DNA of 64,000 nucleotides from an uncultured archaeon. GTDB lineage: Archaea; Asgardarchaeota; Lokiarchaeia; Sigyniarchaeales; SOKP01. The DNA is taken from contig CAZBPC010000002.1 of NCBI GenBank assembly GCA_964493715.1, forward strand, positions 64,001 to 128,000, in the 5' to 3' direction. The notes under the pieces are model-generated. The model did no database searches, was not told the origin of the DNA, and worked only from the letters and a program-made list of their open reading frames with translations. The translations under genes were made by a program, and so were the position numbers. Below are positions 62,528-64,000 of this stretch, piece by piece. Every line of letters starts with the position of its first letter. Positions within the stretch are counted from its first letter, which is position 1.

Positions 62528-63193
62528 TTATTTGAATATTAAATATTTAACAGCAAGAAATTGGATGTATTCTGAAAAATTTTTAATGTGATCCGCTAAC
62601 ATCATAATATCTCCAACCATATCTTTGAGATACAGAAAAGTTCTTGATAGATAATCCATATCATAATGATATAACCTTTGAATTAGTTGAAATTCAAGCT
62701 TGCGCATTTTTCTTCTTTCTTCTTTTATTTCCTCACATATGTCATGAGCTTTTTTCAAATCAGTTCCTATTAAATTTACAGAAGTTGCTAGATCATTTGA
62801 AATGAATTTTAATGATTCGAGAATACGAGATACTCGTAACTTAAATTCATCGTCAGGAAAGATTATACGATATACAAGCATCCTGTTAGCCATATATTCC
62901 GCGATAGTTTTTATATCATTGATTTTATTGAATAACTTGAGGCGATCTGCTTTTGAAAACATTAATTTTGATGTGAATATCTTGGATTCAAACACTTTCT
63001 TAACTTGAACTTCTGTTGTGGTTTCGATTACAAAAGTCATATTCTTTTTAAAATGTTCATAATTTTCTTCAATTAGATACTCAATACCTTCAATTAATAT
63101 GAAATTCTGTTTATTAATAATATCCATGAATAAGTGAGTTAACTCATCAATGCTCTTTTTCTTCAATTCATTTTCTTCATATTCTTGTACCAT
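62528..63193 (-). CDS. DUF47/PhoU-like protein (divergent)
   Basis: DRLKL...INDI...AE and EER...LADHI pattern; helical; cluster context. Confidence 0.7.
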   Translation of the reverse strand: MVQEYEENELKKKSIDELTHLFMDIINKQNFILIEGIEYLIEENYEHFKKNMTFVIETTTEVQVKKVFESKIFTSKLMFSKADRLKLFNKINDIKTIAEYMANRMLVYRIIFPDDEFKLRVSRILESLKFISNDLATSVNLIGTDLKKAHDICEEIKEERRKMRKLEFQLIQRLYHYDMDYLSRTFLYLKDMVGDIMMLADHIKNFSEYIQFLAVKYLIFK

Positions 63194-63361
63194 AAAAATC
63201 ACCTACATTAAACTATAAAAAATAATTGTAAGTAAATTAATGCCGTTTTTTATTATTAATACAAAAATATGCTAAATATTTTTGGATTTCTAGGTTTAAA
63301 TTCAAAATCAATAAAACTATCTTAACTTATAATTCAGGATTGAGAAAAAAAAATAAAAAAG

Positions 63362-64000
63362 TTAACCTCGTTTAGCTGCTGTTAGCATAATAATATAGTC
63401 AGCGACATCTTCAGCATTATCTGTTATCGTTTCGAGAGCATCAATACAATCATGAATTTCTATAGCTGTAAAAGCATTTTCTATTGGATTATTTGATACT
63501 AATAATCTGTTTATTGCAAAATGTAATTCATCACATTGATGTTCTAATCTATTTACCTCCTCTCCCAATCTATGAATTTCAACATCTTCTGAGGAGATCA
63601 ATTTATTTACCATAAGATTTAGCTTTTTAATAGCAGTTACAGAAATTCTAACAATTTCAAGCATTTTTTGATGAACATCATTTTCCAATTTTTGAAATGC
63701 AGTTTGATCTAAATATATTAAAATTCTAGCTGAAGCATTTGTTGCATTAGCAATATCATCAATTCTGTTGGCTAACTGAGTTAAGTTTTGGTGTACTCTT
63801 GTTGGCAATTCCGCTTTTGAAAGCATATTAAGTATATTTCTTCTAATACCATCCGCTTGGTGTTCTAATTCCGTGACTCGAAAAAGAACCTTCAGAGCAA
63901 GATCTATGTTTTTTTCCTCAATCAAATAAGATAATGCTTTTTCAAACTCGACAACACATTCTAAAACCTTTTGCATGTGTACGAAAATTTTATTTATGGC
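63362..64000 (-). CDS. DUF47/PhoU-like phosphate transport regulator, 5'-truncated by window edge
   Basis: LEHQADGIRR...IDDIAN and LEHQCD...ITDNAEDVAD; frame open to 64000. Confidence 0.87.
   Translation of the reverse strand, partial: AINKIFVHMQKVLECVVEFEKALSYLIEEKNIDLALKVLFRVTELEHQADGIRRNILNMLSKAELPTRVHQNLTQLANRIDDIANATNASARILIYLDQTAFQKLENDVHQKMLEIVRISVTAIKKLNLMVNKLISSEDVEIHRLGEEVNRLEHQCDELHFAINRLLVSNNPIENAFTAIEIHDCIDALETITDNAEDVADYIIMLTAAKRG

Noticed and set aside
1-64000. tRNA, rRNA, SRP/RNase P RNA, CRISPR array or IS element
   Set aside because: No GC-rich structured intergenic segment, spaced repeat array or transposase was recognised by eye; a covariance-model scan would be needed to exclude small RNAs.

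Overview
AT-rich, gene-dense archaeal chromosomal window. Gene content and protein style point to Asgard archaea, most likely Lokiarchaeia/Promethearchaeota (inferred from roadblock and longin-like proteins, ZPR1 and the archaeal information genes). It contains the proteasome-alpha/SBDS/exosome/eL43/Pcc1/prefoldin superoperon (interrupted by a two-gene cassette), an ECF transporter, t6A genes (Cgi121, Sua5), porGDAB, cdc48, fen1, nob1, NAD kinase, aIF5A, srp54, pyrC, dinB, nadC, purM/purB, a sugar-catabolism set (2 FGGY kinases, 3 class II aldolase domains) and a PiT/DUF47 phosphate cluster. No tRNA, rRNA or CRISPR array was recognised. Main result: two unrelated protein-coding genes are each interrupted inside a conserved motif by a tiny insertion. 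These are a PPi-type phosphofructokinase (32 nt, 20740-20771) and an alpha/beta hydrolase (30 nt, 55236-55265). Each insertion folds with its flanks into a bulge-helix-bulge (4-bp helix, two 3-nt bulges). Cutting at the canonical tRNA-splicing-endonuclease positions restores the frame and motif exactly, which suggests BHB-type mRNA introns in an Asgard archaeon. The pfk locus also has a free-standing LAGLIDADG endonuclease upstream and a recombination scar downstream. All calls are by eye; no searches or folding programs were run.
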